Positions 24,307 through 38,605 of a stretch of DNA of 64,000 nt are shown one piece after another. Within the stretch, counting starts at the first letter, position 1; each line of letters starts with the position of its first letter. Position numbers and translations under genes: made by a program. This DNA is from Azolla caroliniana. Its lineage: Eukaryota; Plantae; Polypodiophyta. The notes below the pieces were generated by a model that saw nothing but the letters and a program-made list of their open reading frames with translations, was not told the origin of the DNA and made no database searches. The stretch is from contig JBHGNT010000004.1 in NCBI GenBank assembly GCA_043228905.1, positions 17,980,001 to 18,044,000 on the forward strand, in the 5' to 3' direction.

Positions 24307-27300
24307 CGCCTTCTGCGTATATGTATATGCGAGTGAGTTAGTTACAGATACATACACACGTGCCACATCTCGCTCCTCCCCTTCCACGGAAAGGAATTCG
24401 CAAGAGGGAAAACACTCACAGAAAGACACAGAACGGAAGATGCAGACATAGAGATCATTCGTTATACACATTCAGGAATAGGTAAAATAAAGAACCCTAA
24501 AACAGAAGAAGAAATACAAGCAAGTGTCGGAGAAAGAAAGGAACGGAGGGAGAGAGACAAGAAAAGAAGCAGCGATCGAGATATAAAAAAGAAAGATTGA
24601 TTTGCGATTCTACTTGAGGAATCCCTGGTTAGATCATAAACTTTTCTTTTCATCGCCATTTCAAAATTTGACCTAAGAGTTTATTGAAATCCTTACTAAT
24701 GCATTGCATTTTGTCTGTCGAATGTGACGCTTTCCTTTCTTCTTATATTTTGGATTTTCTTTGTCGCTAATGTTGTTGCCAAATATGATCTTTTTCTGGC
24801 ATTTTTAATGTATTGATGAAACGTACACCCGACTTTGGATTAGACTTGTTATTCGAAAAAAAGGGAAATAAATCTGGAACTCTCACGTTTTCAACATGTA
24901 TGTTGTGTTATATATGAATCATATTCATATGTCTATAAGTCCCACCATTTTTTGTTTCCATATAGAGGAAACATATAGATCCGTGCTATGTTTGGATAAA
25001 GAGGTTTTTTATTTAGTCACTTTGTAATTACCGATGTCCTAAAGGTGTAACCTTAGTATTTGATGGAGTGATGAGACACGATGAAAACATTTTAATCCAT
25101 TCTTTCTCTTCTGATCTCATGTAATTGTGAGATGCCACACTAAATTTAATATCATTTAATGTACCTATTCTTTTTCATCTGTGGTTCTGTAGCAGACTTC
25201 CATTTATTCTTTGTAGGATATGCCTCGAAACAAACATATTCTGATATGCGTTAGATGTATGGTTATTCACGCATTTTTGTACTTTACCCTTGTGAATAGT
25301 GCATATTGGTGTTGCATTAGTCTTCAAATCGTGCAAATTCAATTTGTTGTTCGTGTATTTAATTATACTAGGTATGGATGTTAATATATAAACATGCACC
25401 TGTACTCTGGGAATATTGATAATACCATTGCATTTAACTGGCAAGTGTCTTTATTGATAACATACATATGTAAGTATGAAAGTATATGCTTCTTGAGATC
25501 AATGTCTAGGTTTCCATTACCATTTTCATTCCAAATCTGCACCTGCAGCATCCAGAACTCGCGAGGTGTTGTTTGCAAACATCTTCAAGCTTTCCTTTTA
25601 TGAGTTCTACAATCATCCAAAAAAAATCCGAAATTTAGTCAAAAAAATAAGATGGTAGTCTAATTTCTGTTTTGATGACTCTCATTCTCTACAAGTTTCC
25701 AGAGAAGCTTTGAAAATTCCTTACAAAGTGCCTAAATCCAATGGTGCTGCTGCAAAATTGTTTCAGTGAGCTCCATTCAGAGTTGTAGTGAGGAGGCTAT
25801 GACTTGCTTTGCCTGGGAATACGTGGTTGAGAATAAGACACTACTGCTTACCATACTCTATAGAGCTCTTGTAAAAAAATTCTAGGGATTGCTGTATTCA
25901 ATATACCGTCATATAGAGAGGTCTGCCCTTTGGAATACTCGTAGATGATCATTAATGGCTTATCTTCTAGTAGTGATAATCAAGGTTGTTACATTGTACA
26001 ATATGGAATGTGTACTTTACATGATAATACAGAGTATCTATACTAGAACATACACAATTTCCTAGAATGCCTCTAATTTCGGTTGTAGATTGTAGATGTT
26101 AATTGTTCTATTTACTATATGATAATGACCTGATATAAACATCACTGTTGTGAAAATCCTTGGTGACCATAACTCCTTCTCCACCACTTTGAAGACCTTG
26201 ATGTAAATGTGTTTTGGGCTACCCCCTACTCTCTAGAAAGTTGGATTTACAGATTCTTTCAACAACCCAAATGTTGAAAGCAAAAATGCTGTCTTATAAC
26301 AGAATGGCAACAAATGATGAGACATGTCATCAACATTGAAGTTGATATATTCGCTTGTCATCAAGCAATGATGTCGATATGACCAAGGTCTCAACGTTTA
26401 TGATATATACACACATTTTTGCGCTTACACTTTCGAGCACACTTCGAATGTTCTCCATGTTGCTTTTCTCTCTTCCACCATTATGAATTAAAGAGGAGAA
26501 ACCGAGGAGAGAGAGAGGAAGAGGAAGTCTGAAGGTAGAATGAGGAAAAAGAATAAGAGAACAGCGAGGAGAAAAAGGATGTAAAACCTAAATGTTAAAG
26601 TTTGAGTGAGGAAAATGAATGAGAAAAAGGTGCAGAAAAATGTGGGAGAAAAGAGAACACCATGTTTACATTAGATGGTTAGAAAGTTAAACTCAACTTT
26701 ACACTTTTCTGAAAAAAGAAATCGTGCCTGTTATGAACAGTATGACAATATCTCTGCATCTGAATTATTGGACTGTACTTTGCAGTCATATGGTGTGCAA
26801 AAACAAACCTGCTAATAGTACCCTAAATTCTAATGTCAGATATTGAAAATGTTCTTGTGGAAAATGTGAATGATGACTATGTGTTAATTTATATGCTATT
26901 GATGTGGACTTTATGCATGACTCAAGAAAAACCTTTTCGTTTTGGATTTCAAGTTTGAAATGCCATCCATCTCTTTATTTAATTTAAGCTTTAATATAAA
27001 ATCCAAACTTTAAAGGTTGTTAGTATGATTTTAAAAGTTAAACTAGCAATTAAATCGTTTATGTACGTATGTATCAGGCACAGATCTTCCAATGTATGTA
27101 TTTTGCAACAGGCTTTATAAATGTAATTCTGTGTTATAATTAAAATTCTAATTATTTGTGAGATTCAGATAAAATTTCAACATATCACCTCAGATGAAGA
27201 AACTTGTGAAACCATGAACAATTCTTATCATCTTGATTGTGGCTGAGTTGTTCATTGCACTTTAAGATGTGATAGACATTTGTTCCTACTCAATAGTTTA

Positions 27301-29883
27301 AGAAGGGGTGTCATGACAACTAAGTTGTTGATCTAGCTCTGTTTGAGTTGAACCCTTAAATGGTGAAGACTACATGCATAGCGTTCATGTTTATTTCGAA
27401 GTTTCTGTTTTTTGCTTAACCCCTTTTGGGGGTATTTCTTTGATTCTAAATCTACTTAAGGGAAGTCAATAAATCCATTTAATCAACAATTATGATTTTT
27501 TTCACTATCCTACTATCTTTATGGACGATAAAAAATTCTAATTCTAATTCTTTAGGTGTTTTATTTGTGAGGTAATTTGGTTATAACATAGTATAGAGTA
27601 CTGTTTGAACTATAGAATGTTAAACATGTACAAATATATCAAAACTATCCTGTCAGTATTGAAATATGAAATCATCATAGATTATAGATAATATTGAAAT
27701 CCTTCATGATTTCAACTTTGTAGTGGGTTGACCAGTAGGCATCATTTGGACATGGTGAGCAACATATCTCTTTTCCTGCACGACTAAGTGAGGCTGAAGC
27801 TGCCAATTTCCACCACACATGATATCAATGCATCTCCCACCATACCTCTTGAAGAGTATGATTCACTACACTGATGCGAAATCTAGTACCTCTTGTCAAG
27901 GAGTACATCGCTTATTCAATCTGGTACCACCATTACATGAATATACCTGTGATTGGGAAACCATATTAACCCCGCCAATCGCATATCATCCATCATGTGG
28001 TGTTTGGGTGGGACATAGCACAAATCCAAGTGACTAAGAGCTATGCCTTATGCTAACTCTCAGTCACACACCAGTTCTAGCACATGAACAGGGATAAAGT
28101 CACTGCAAGAAGAAGCTGTACTTGTAGTATCCATTTTCTCATGCATTAAAGGACATAGCCATACCAGTAAATCCCTAGGCTGCCATCATACCATGTATCC
28201 TCTATAATTTAATGCTTAAATCAATTTTCATAATTATAGAGCTTTTTCTATAAAGATCTAATATGTGGGTGTGTACACTTTCATTAGACAAAGCAATTAT
28301 AAGACAATCTTAATTCTCAATTCATAAACAGTGAACAGACAAGAACTTATCATTATGCTTAAACTTAGGTTATCCTAGGATTAATTATAAGTAGTCATCA
28401 TATGCTGCAGTGTCTCACCTTCACAAGCTGCATTCTTACCTTCTTATAGGACTGGGATTTTGAGTCCTTACTTTAAAATTACTTATGTGTAAGCTACTTA
28501 TGTGGCAAGATCATCTGACGGAGTTAAGATAGGGCTTATGCTTTCCTACAAGAAAGAAAGAAAGAAAGATATATTAACGTCTTTTAAGAGGCCAGAATGG
28601 CGTATAAGACCAAACAAGAGATTACATCTTAAGTGTTGTCTTGTCTTTGGGAACAACAAATCAAAATAAAATAAATATTACTTTTAAATATAAAAGTAAA
28701 TGAGGTAAAAAGAGACGACGGAATCTGGTTTTCGGCACATGTGAGATTCTCAAGCTAGATATATTATAACTTTTTTCTTCCAAATATCTCTAGCATAGGT
28801 TGATCCAGAATGGAGAGGTCTCCGAAGCGAGGGAAGCACCTGCGATGGTAACCCCTTTGTTATGTCCTGGTTGGGAGCCCATTTGTGTATCGCTTGATTT
28901 ACTTGTAACATAGGAGTGATGGGCAACTTGTGCCAAAGGCCAATATTCCAATGATTAAACTATTACAGCCTATTAATCAGCCAACGATTAATAACATAGA
29001 TGCTATATCCAACATCAAATAAAAGTATCATGGATTACTTGAATGATACTTTTATTAAAGCCTGTATATCTCCCTAGGGAGAACTCCTACTGCATCCCTT
29101 TTTTAAGGATAGGTATTATGTTGCACTTCTTGAATTGCACACTCCAGACTCTAAATATCGAGATTGTAATTGCATTCATCTTTTCACGTTTCTTTTATTA
29201 TACTAATTTTTGCTTCTTCCTTTGATTCCTCTTTTTCTATTCTCTGGGCATTCTTTTTTACTTTTTATATTGGCAGCCTCAAAGTCATGGCATAAATTTT
29301 CATTTTTGTGATTCCAAACCATTTGTTATCCCTGTGGAGTCTCCAATAAAGTCTAAATTCAAGCTCAGGATTTCATTTGGTTGTCTGAAGTTAAATTATA
29401 AATTCTAAAGTTCAAGATCTTGGCTGTCACTCATTTGTGCAAGATGCAACTCTTTTTTTTCAACAGAGTGGCTATTCATACCTAGAAAGACTACAGACTA
29501 GATTTATCTCTGTTATGTGTGAGTGCTTTATGAAAGAGGAAAAGCTAGATATGCTCATTGATAGGGGCAATCTCGAGCATGGTTTGAATGAAATTGGGGT
29601 TTATCATGTGATTATAAAGTGTGGGATCTGAGTATATCAATGTTGTACAGGTTATAAGCAGTAATATAGCATTGTTAAGTGTTAGAATAAAGACATTGTG
29701 TTAACTTTCATGTAAGCTCATAGATATTCAGAATGGCACTGATTATACTGTGTTCTTTGTGACAGGAAATAATAACTGTTCTTTCTCATCTTATTTTGCA
29801 TCATCAACGCTTATTCTGTATGGTACATCAATGAGGGTCGTTTAGTAGCCTATTGATATCTTTTACAGTGTGTTAAGACAAAA

Positions 29884-32383
29884 ATGGCTTCTTCGGCAAT
29901 AGTACTGCAACCCCAACATGAAGGGGCCATTATGGCGCCCCCAGCATATGGATTTGATTGTAATGAGGATATCCAAATCTACATAACTACTTCTGGCCGA
30001 AATCCATCTATCCTGCCTTTGAAAGTCTGTGCTGGTGACACCATTGCTTCTGTGAAAATGAGGATCCAAGTTTATAAAGGTTTCTATACAAAGCATCAAA
30101 GATTGGTCTATGGTGGTCGTGAGCTTTATCGACAAGATGCTTTGGTTAGAGATTATGGGCTTACTAATGGAAAAAAGGTGCACTTGGTTGTGAAGCTTTC
30201 TGAATTGCAAGTAGTGACCATAAAGACATTTAGTGGCAAAGAACATGTTTTCAGAATTGACAAGATGAAGAGTGTTCGAGATTTGAAAAAACGATTGTCA
30301 AAAAAAGCAGGCCTAGCTGCTGATCAGCAGCAGCTTGTTCTAAGAGGTCAGGATCTGAAGGATGAAATGCTTATTGAGCAACTTTCACTTGTTGATGATG
30401 CTGTTGTACACCTATTTCTCCATAGCACTGTGAAAGTAAGAAGTCAGGCAATAGGATCTGACATTGAACTTTCAGCAATAGCTCAAGAAATGATAGATAA
30501 TCCATGTATTGTTGAGATGAAACCATCAGATAGGCCCATGCTTCCACCATGCTCAGAGAATGGTAATCTCAACAGAGTTTATCCTAGAAAAGCTTATGCA
30601 CATATAGAGAGGCTTTCAAAGCTCGTTATGCCATCTGTGCTTGATGATCTCCTAAAGCGTGTTAAAAGTGGGCTGGAAAATGGGCATACCCCTATCTTAT
30701 CTCCGGAAGGATCAGGAGGGGCGTACTTCATGCAAGATGAGTTTGGCTCTAGCATCGTTGGGGTTTTCAAACCAGTGGATGAGGAACCCATGGCCATTAA
30801 CAATCCACGGGGTCTTCCACCATCAAAAAACGGTGAGGGTCTCAAAAGAGGCACTAAAGTTGGCGAAGGTGCTCTGCGAGAGGTTGCAGCTTATATATTG
30901 GATCATGCAACTAAAGGACAAGATGGTGAGAAATTCACAGGTTTTGCAGGGGTTCCACCAACGATATTGATTGAATGCTCTCATGAATATCTTGAACATC
31001 CCAAAGATGATACAACTGCTGGTGTCAATGTAAAAATAGGCTCACTTCAAATGTTTGTACATGCTTCCAGCAATTGTGAAGATATGGGTCCTGCTCACTT
31101 TCCTGTATATGAAGTACATAAAATAGCAGTTCTTGACATTCGTTTGGCTAACACTGATAGAAATGGAGGAAATATCTTGGCTTGTAAACAGGGAGATTCT
31201 ACAGAATGGACTCTTGTACCAATTGATCATGGCTATTGTTTGCCAGAAAAGGTAATTGTAGATAAAGTTATTCTATGTTTCTTTTCATGTTGTTATGGTA
31301 CTTTATGCTACCTATGTTGTTATGTTATGTATTTTGCATATGTTATCTTAGAAAAGTTACCTATGCTATATTCATCGTGTCACCTTCGTACGCCCTGTGA
31401 TGGCTCTGAGTGCTAAGTGGATAGAGTCAAGAGTCCAAGTTCTGGAGCATGAAATACCAAGTAACTGGCATGCTTTATCCAGGCACCAGGTGAGCTAATT
31501 ATATAGGCAAGCCCTTAGGCAGCCTCTAGCTATAAGAAACCAACCTGTGGTAATCAAGATAACATTGGCATCAAAGCGAGCAATGTTAACATCTTGATTG
31601 CTGTAGGATGGTTACAATGAAGTAGCATGTCATACACCCTGTGATGGCTCCGCTTGTGTTCGTCCTGCCTACCTTGTGGCCTTTACCTCTCGCTTGATAA
31701 TGTTGCCTATATTGGTACTCTACATAATGTCGTGGATATTATATTACATATGGTCACCTATATTGTCTTGTTATAGAGTCACTGATGTTATATTGCATAA
31801 ATCTACTCTACGTTATATTCCAAAATGTCACCTGCGTATATTATACACTTAGTGTCACTATCTAATTGCCTATTTTTCTTTTTTCTAGTTTGAAGATTGT
31901 ACTTTTGAATGGCTATCTTGGCCTCAAGCAAAGATACCACTATACATAATGTCACCTGTTATATTACAAAATGTCACCATCTAATTGAGTATTTGTCTTT
32001 TTTTCTAGTTTGAAGACTGTACTTTTGAATGGCTATATTGGCCTCAAGCAAAGATACCATTTCAAGCTGAAGTTCTGGAGTATATTGCTTCACTGAATGC
32101 AGAAGCAGATATTGCTCTATTAAAGTTGCACGGTTGGGCTTTATCTGCAGCTTGTGCTCGAGTGTTCAGAGTAGCAACAATGTTACTAAAGAAAGGGGCA
32201 GCTGCAGGTCTCACTCCGTACGAGATTGGGTTGATGATGTGCAGAGAAACACTGCATAAGATGTCTATTATTGAAAAGATAGTTGAAGATACAGAATCTA
32301 TTGTTTTGCCTGGGAGCAGTGAGTCAGGCTTTATTGCAGCTGTTTCTATGATAATGGATAAGTATATCCAAGATAAAAAATAG
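29884..32383 (+). CDS. PI4KG: Type II phosphatidylinositol 4-kinase gamma with two ubiquitin-like domains
   Basis: Exon 29884-31251 has two UBL domains plus EGSGGAYF, VFKPVDEEP, ALREVAAY, DIRLANTDRNGGN and PIDHGYCLPEK. After a GT-AG intron, exon 32009-32383 reads FEDCTFEWLYWPQA...DKK stop. Confidence 0.92.
31857..32060 (+). repeat. 120-bp tandem duplication of the intron/exon-2 boundary of PI4Kgamma
   Basis: ttttctag|tttgaaga.tgtacttttgaatggctat.ttggcctcaagcaaagatacca occurs with exon starts at 31889 and 32009. Confidence 0.9.
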
Positions 32384-33816
32384 CTCATTGACAATAACAA
32401 TTAGGCTTGTGTGGAAAGGACAACCATTTATAGTGGTTTCAATGGTGTGTGCCCGTTTGTGTGCTAATAACTGATTCTTTCCTAATGAACCCATAGAGAA
32501 CCAAAGTACATTAAACACTGGAATTTTTGAAGTGATAATATGTTTATAGACTTCTTTGTTAAAATAATATAGTTTTATGTGTACATTTTCTTGTTTTTGT
32601 TTGAATGAAATTGATTAAACTATGCGTAATGATGTGTTCTACATTTCATATGGTGGCTACAGAATGACCTTATGCATTCAAAATTTAAAGTAACAATATG
32701 ATTGTTCATACTGGTCAATAATTTAAGATGATTTTATAAAGTTCAATTTTGTCAAATGAATTTGCATTCATTGTGCATGGGGGACTGCATAATAGCAGAT
32801 ATGAGAAACAATTTATCTAGTATTTGAAGATTACTAATGGATTGTTGAAATAGAAATCATGTTAATTATTTGCTATTTGTGTTTTTGTTATCATGGATCC
32901 AAAATAATCATGGAACATATATGTATGAGAGACGATTTATTCTAGTATTTGAAGAATACTTGAGGAGTGTTGATATAGAAATCATGTTAACTATTTGCCA
33001 TTTGTGTTTTGGTTATCATGGATCACAAATAAAATGCTTTCATTTTCTTGACGTATTTCTTGATTAATTTCTCACTAATGATGATTTTCAATGAAATGTT
33101 AGTAGAAGTCATGGATTTTTGCAAATTGTTTGAACTTCTTACAAATTTGAACCAAGTAGAACCATGTTACTCATGTTCAAATCTATTGCTTGTAGCTGGC
33201 TTGTGCATCGGCATGTTTGTAAAGGTACCTTTTACTAAATAAGAGCTATATAGACTACACTTGGTATTTGGGAGAGAAAATGTTTGTACTTGGGCTCAAA
33301 CAAAGTAGGCTTTGCTCACTAATATAGGAGAATAAATGGGTTTAGCTATGGGCTTGGCAAGAAACATTATAATAAGATTAGTTTTGATTATATGTTGGCA
33401 CCAATCTCCATCCATACTCACATGTGCTCACTTTTGTTTGGAGCATTTGCATTTTCATATTCTCTTTCTCAATTATTAAGTATTTGAAGCTTGCCACTCC
33501 CCATAAGAAGATTAGACATCTTAATATCCATTGGTTTATAATTAATGGGTCTCAACTATAGCGAAAGCACTCTTGTACAAATATACACCCATGGTTTAAC
33601 TAGGGTTATATAAAGATTGTATTCCTCTCTAATGCAAATGTGCCACATAATGCATGTGCATTGGTTGTACTTTGATTACATCAATACCCACCATTGGCTT
33701 TTTTATAAAAGCCTCTCACATAATGCACTGGAACAATGCTTTACACCTAGATGGTCCAGTCAATTGTTGCACCTCAACGCATGTTAGGGAGAACCAATTC
33801 GCATTTCACCCCTAAC

Positions 33817-34361
33817 TAGCAATGGGCATGGTTTCGGCTCAAACTGAACTGAGCCATTAAGCCATAGTTTAACAATTTATTGGTTCCAAAAAATTTAATG
33901 GTTTGGTTTGGATTTTCGATAAACGGTTCGGTTCGGTTCTAAAACTCAGGTTTATAGGTTTGGTTTAAAGGTTTATAGGTTTTTGGTTAACTTTTTTTTT
34001 ACCTTAAAGTTTATTGATTTCATGGTTTAATTAATGGTTATTTATTTAATTAATTAATTTAACTTAAATATTTATTTAATCTAATGGTTCAAGTAAAGTT
34101 TCTTTTATTGATTTAATAATTTTAACTTAAATGTTATTTAATTTAATGTATTTTTGTTTATTTCGATGTTTAATTAGTTTGATTTAAGTGGTTAGGTTTA
34201 AATTTTTTATTAAATGGTTCGGTTTGGTTTTAACTTTTCCCTAAACGGTTTGGTTTTAAATGGTTTGGTTTAAATACTGAGAGTTCATAAACGGTTTGGT
34301 TTGGTTTGGTTTCTTTCCCATGAAACTGAATCGAACCGAAACCAAATTGCGCCCATTGCTA
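33817..34361 (+). mobile_element. hAT-type MITE
   Basis: TIR tagcaatgggc...gcccattgcta, 8-bp TSD cccctaac/ccccaaac, AT-rich non-coding body. Confidence 0.88.
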
Positions 34362-34768
34362 CCCCAAACCACAACTCATCCACTAATTTCTCAATGTCAA
34401 TCAGTTCAAACCTCCCATTAGCTTCACTCAAGCTTCATTGGATCAAACTTGAGCATTCCAACAAGAGTATTAATGAGAGGAAATTATTGAAGGGGTGATT
34501 CAAATTGCCACCCAAAAATATTGTGAGAAAACGTCAATGTTACATAGATTGGACACCAACATGGATGTAAAAATCATTCTAGTTGTCAATTAGTCTTGTT
34601 AGAATTTGAATCATAGATAGGGCAAAACAACGAACGTAAAAATTCTTGGAGAAAAAACTACCCACCTCACTTTCTTGCAGATTATTATTTTGTGTCACAT
34701 TTGCAGGATTTGTGCTAGACCTAATGTAGTCATACCTAAATATTTGGAGCTCTGGTTTAGGCTTTGCA

Positions 34769-34772
<4 letters not shown>

Positions 34773-34806
<34 letters not shown>
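34773..34806 (+). repeat. (TC)n microsatellite
   Basis: Perfect dinucleotide run near the 3' end of the LINE. Confidence 0.85.
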
Positions 34807-34810
<4 letters not shown>

Positions 34811-35369
34811 GGTGAAAACACACAATTATATTAATAAATGTGTGTGAAAAGCACTACTTACAATGGGTGTGATAATGGAGTATGGTCACCCACTAACTAC
34901 ACTACATGGGTAATGGAACATGTTGAATTGCCAATAGGCAAGACGAACAATCCACTAAGGAAAGAATTTCCACTTGCTCCAATAAAGAAAATTACCACAT
35001 TAGTACTCCCTTCAACTTTCGTAGATATACTTTCACTCCATGTCTACCATCGAATACAAAAGCATTGCACATGTCCCAATTATACCGCAATCCACAATAT
35101 ACTTCCATCTCTGATTTTGGGTCAACCTGTGTAAATTGTGCAAACACCCACTGTTTAGGTGTAAAATAACACCGTGATAAAACTTGCCAAATTTGAGAAA
35201 TGTAACTCCAAATCTGACAAGCAATCGAACATTGTTTAAATCGATGAGTACTATCTCTCCATTTGAACAGTGGAAAAGAAGCAATTACCCGTTGCTCGTC
35301 CACGACGCTTTAGAGCTAATGCTAAAGGCAATCCTCCAATCAAAACTCTCCAAATAAAGACCTTTGCTA

Positions 35370-36556
35370 TAACAATGGGCACGGTTTTCGCTCAAACCGA
35401 ATCAAATCGTTAAGCCATGGTTTAAGGGTTTATTGGTTCCAAAAAAATTTAATGGTTTGGTTTGGTTTGGATCTTCGATACTCGGTTCGGTTCAGTTCTA
35501 AAACTCTAGTTTATAGGTCTATAGGTTTATAGGTTTTTGGTTAACCTTTTTTTTACCTTAATAATTTATTAATTTCATGGTTTAATTTAGCAATGGGCAC
35601 GGTTTTAAGACAAGGAAACCGAACCATTTATTTAAAACAAAAACCAAACCAAACCGTTTATGAACTCTCAGTATTTAAACCAAACCATTTAAGAAAAAGT
35701 TGAAACCCAACCATTTAAAACCAAACCGTTTAGGGAAAAGTTAAAACTAAACATAACCATTTAATAAAAAATTTAAGTTTACCTAACCACTTAAGTCAAA
35801 CTAATTAAACATCTAAATAAACAAAAATACATTACATTAAATAAACATTTAAGTTATATTTATTAAATCAGTAAAAGAAACTTTAATTGAACCATTAAAT
35901 TAAATAAACATTTAAGTTAAATTAATTAAATAAATAAATAACCATTAAATCAATAAACTGTTAAGGTAAAAACATAGTTAACCAAAAACCTATAAACCTT
36001 TAAACCAAACCTATAAACTTATAAACTCGAGTTTTAGAACCGAAACCAAACCGTTTATCGAAAATCCAATCCAAACCAAACTATTAAATGTTTTTGGAAC
36101 CAATAAACCGTTAAACCATGGCTTAACGGTTTGGTTCGGTTAGAGCCAAAATCGTGCCCATTGCTAGTTTAATTAATGGTTTTTTATTTATTTAATTAAT
36201 TTAACTTCAATGTTTATTTAATTTAATGGTTCAATTAATGTTTCTTTTATTGACTTAATAAATTTGACTTAAATGCTTTAATTTAATTTAATGTATTTCT
36301 GTTTATTTAAATATTTGATTAGTTTGGCTTAAATGGTTAGGTTTAAATTTTTTATTAAATGGTTCGGTTGGTTTCAACTTTTCCCTAAATAGTTTGGTTT
36401 TAAATGGTTTGGTTTACTTTTTCTTAAATGGTTTGATTTAAATACTTGAGAGTTCATAAACGGTTTGGTTTGGTTTTTGTTTTATATAAACAGTTCGGTT
36501 TCGGTTTCTTTGCCTTCAAACCAAATCGAACCGAAACCGAACCGTGCCCATTGCTA
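35370..36556 (+). mobile_element. hAT-type MITE (outer copy) inserted in the LINE
   Basis: TIR taacaatgggcacgg...ccgtgcccattgcta, TSD ctttgcta/gtttgctt. Confidence 0.85.
35588..36166 (-). mobile_element. hAT-type MITE (inner copy, opposite orientation)
   Basis: TIR tagcaatgggcacg...cgtgcccattgcta and a perfect 8-bp TSD gtttaatt (35580-35587, 36167-36174). Confidence 0.92.
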
Positions 36557-38594
36557 GTTTGCTTGGTAATTTAGAATGCCAACTACGTTGTAAGATTTGA
36601 TTCCACCCATGATCAGATTTATGTATTTTCCATTCTTCTTCAACCTTAGATAATAGCCACCCAAGAGTCTGAACAAAGCAATGATACAAACGATTAGTAG
36701 TCACTTGTAACAACGACGTTTGACCCCGTAAATACCAATCAATCCACGGTTGCTCTCCTGTTTGATGAGGTAAAGGACCTTGCATCAATGCAATATTTTG
36801 TAATTGCTGCTAGATAAACCCATAATTAGGCGAGATGCGTAATAACTATCGCGTTTCAACAAACTCCAAAATGCTTTAAGATGGAGCCTCAACTATATCT
36901 CCCACCTCTTTGACTCCCAAACGAAACAAACGATTAAATTAAGAGCGCAATCTCACCTTTCCTAGCCAATATAATAACCGAAAAGGCACAAGTAACTCTT
37001 TTTGCAAAAATTACAATGCTCTCTACTAGATGATGGTTTCCATACACATAACAAGAGACTTGCTTCTTGCCATGAGGTAACCAAATGTTGAACATACGAA
37101 GAGCGCAGAATCCTAAGTGAAATACACCCATTTAGTAATTGCCACCATGAAGCCTTAATCATTGTCCTCCCATGTGTTAAACCCTTGTTCTCAATGAAAT
37201 ATTGAACAATAGATATCCATGGTTATGAGTTTGAACACATGTCTTGTAATAATGAAAATCTATGAACCATCATATGCATAGATAAGTTCAATATTCTAGC
37301 TCCCCCCAAGTGCTTAGGGGGTGCTAGATGATTCCCCGCAACCCATGTGATTCCCATCTTATCCCTCTTCTTCCACAACAAATATCGAAGACGTTGCAAA
37401 ACATAATGCAAAGCCTTCTTTCTCCATGGCAACAATGGTAAGTGATATAATATCATGGGTTCCATAATACATTGTACAACCTTCAAGCGTACATGAAATG
37501 GCCAAGATTGTGACTTCCAATACATGAACTTATCCCTCAACTTACTAGACATCCATTCAATCAATTGACCATTTGTAGCATTCATTCCTAATGGATAGCC
37601 CAAGTGTCCAAAAATAGAACCTTTCTTCACCACAAATCGTTGCCATCCTAAACATTCCAAATCCCTTTCAATACATGATATGAGACTAGACTTCCTCAAA
37701 TTGATATCTAATCTAGAATCCAGTGCAAATTGGTTCCATACAAGCATCCCCTTCTCAAGATTCTCTCGTGAGGCTTGTAAAAACATGAAAGAATCATCAA
37801 CCAAAGCTTGTGCTACTAGCTGCCCTCCAGATGGAAGGTGTAAACCCACAATGTCACCATTTGTTGCAAGCCTTGATAGCATCATTAACAAGGGATGAGC
37901 AAACAACAATGGGCTATGTGGGCATCCTTGACGAATGGAACTTGTGAGGCCAATATCTGATGTAACTCCCCCATTAAGCATTACTCAAGACATTGCATCT
38001 TTTCCTAATAAAAATATGAGGCGAGACATACAAGGTCCAATGCCCATTGTATGCATTAACCCAGAAACAAAGTGTCACAAACATGACAACAGTCGCGTCA
38101 AGATTTGAACTCTTGATCTCTTATATATAGTCAAGTGTTGTGTTCTAACCAACACGTCCAAATATATGGTCATGGTATTTTTATCTTAGTAAATTATTAG
38201 TAGATTATCTATTTCAAGTTCTAGGAGTTTTTAGAAAGTTCTAGAACTAGAAGGTTGTAGAGGGTTCTAGAATATTCTCCCGAATATTCTAATGCATGTA
38301 CTTCGACTCACAATATAAATACTTGTAACCTCCTTGGTCCCTTTCAAGGGATTCAACACCAGTCATTGACACGTCAATCTAGTATTCTCGTTTCGTCCCA
38401 TATTCTCTCCTTGATTTACATCTATGTCTTTATGCTCTTGTATTGTTCCTAGAGTCTTAAGTTCCTCATCTCGTCGCTCCCAACTTCTCGAGTTTCTATC
38501 CCCATCACGTCGAGTTCCACGTTTGTAACCTTATCGGTCGTAGCCTCATCATCTGTGCTTTGTCGTAGTCTAGCGTTGGTGTGTCTGTGACAGT

Positions 38595-38604
38595 TTGAAT
38601 CCCT
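38595..38604 (+). promoter_or_regulatory. Putative self-priming site of the non-autonomous LTR element
   Basis: ttgaatccct, 2 nt after the 5' LTR, is complementary to agggattcaa at 38347-38356. Confidence 0.7.
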
Positions 38605-38605
38605 C

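Noticed and set aside
25900-28300. Possible LTR or transposase fragments
   Set aside because: Too degenerate to assign from sequence alone.
24400-29870. 5'-UTR exons and long leader intron of PI4Kgamma
   Set aside because: A candidate donor (24481) and acceptors (~29765, 29868) exist but cannot be supported without transcripts.
31252-31416. C-terminal tail of the 510-aa ORF
   Set aside because: Read-through into the intron. The kinase continues at 32009.
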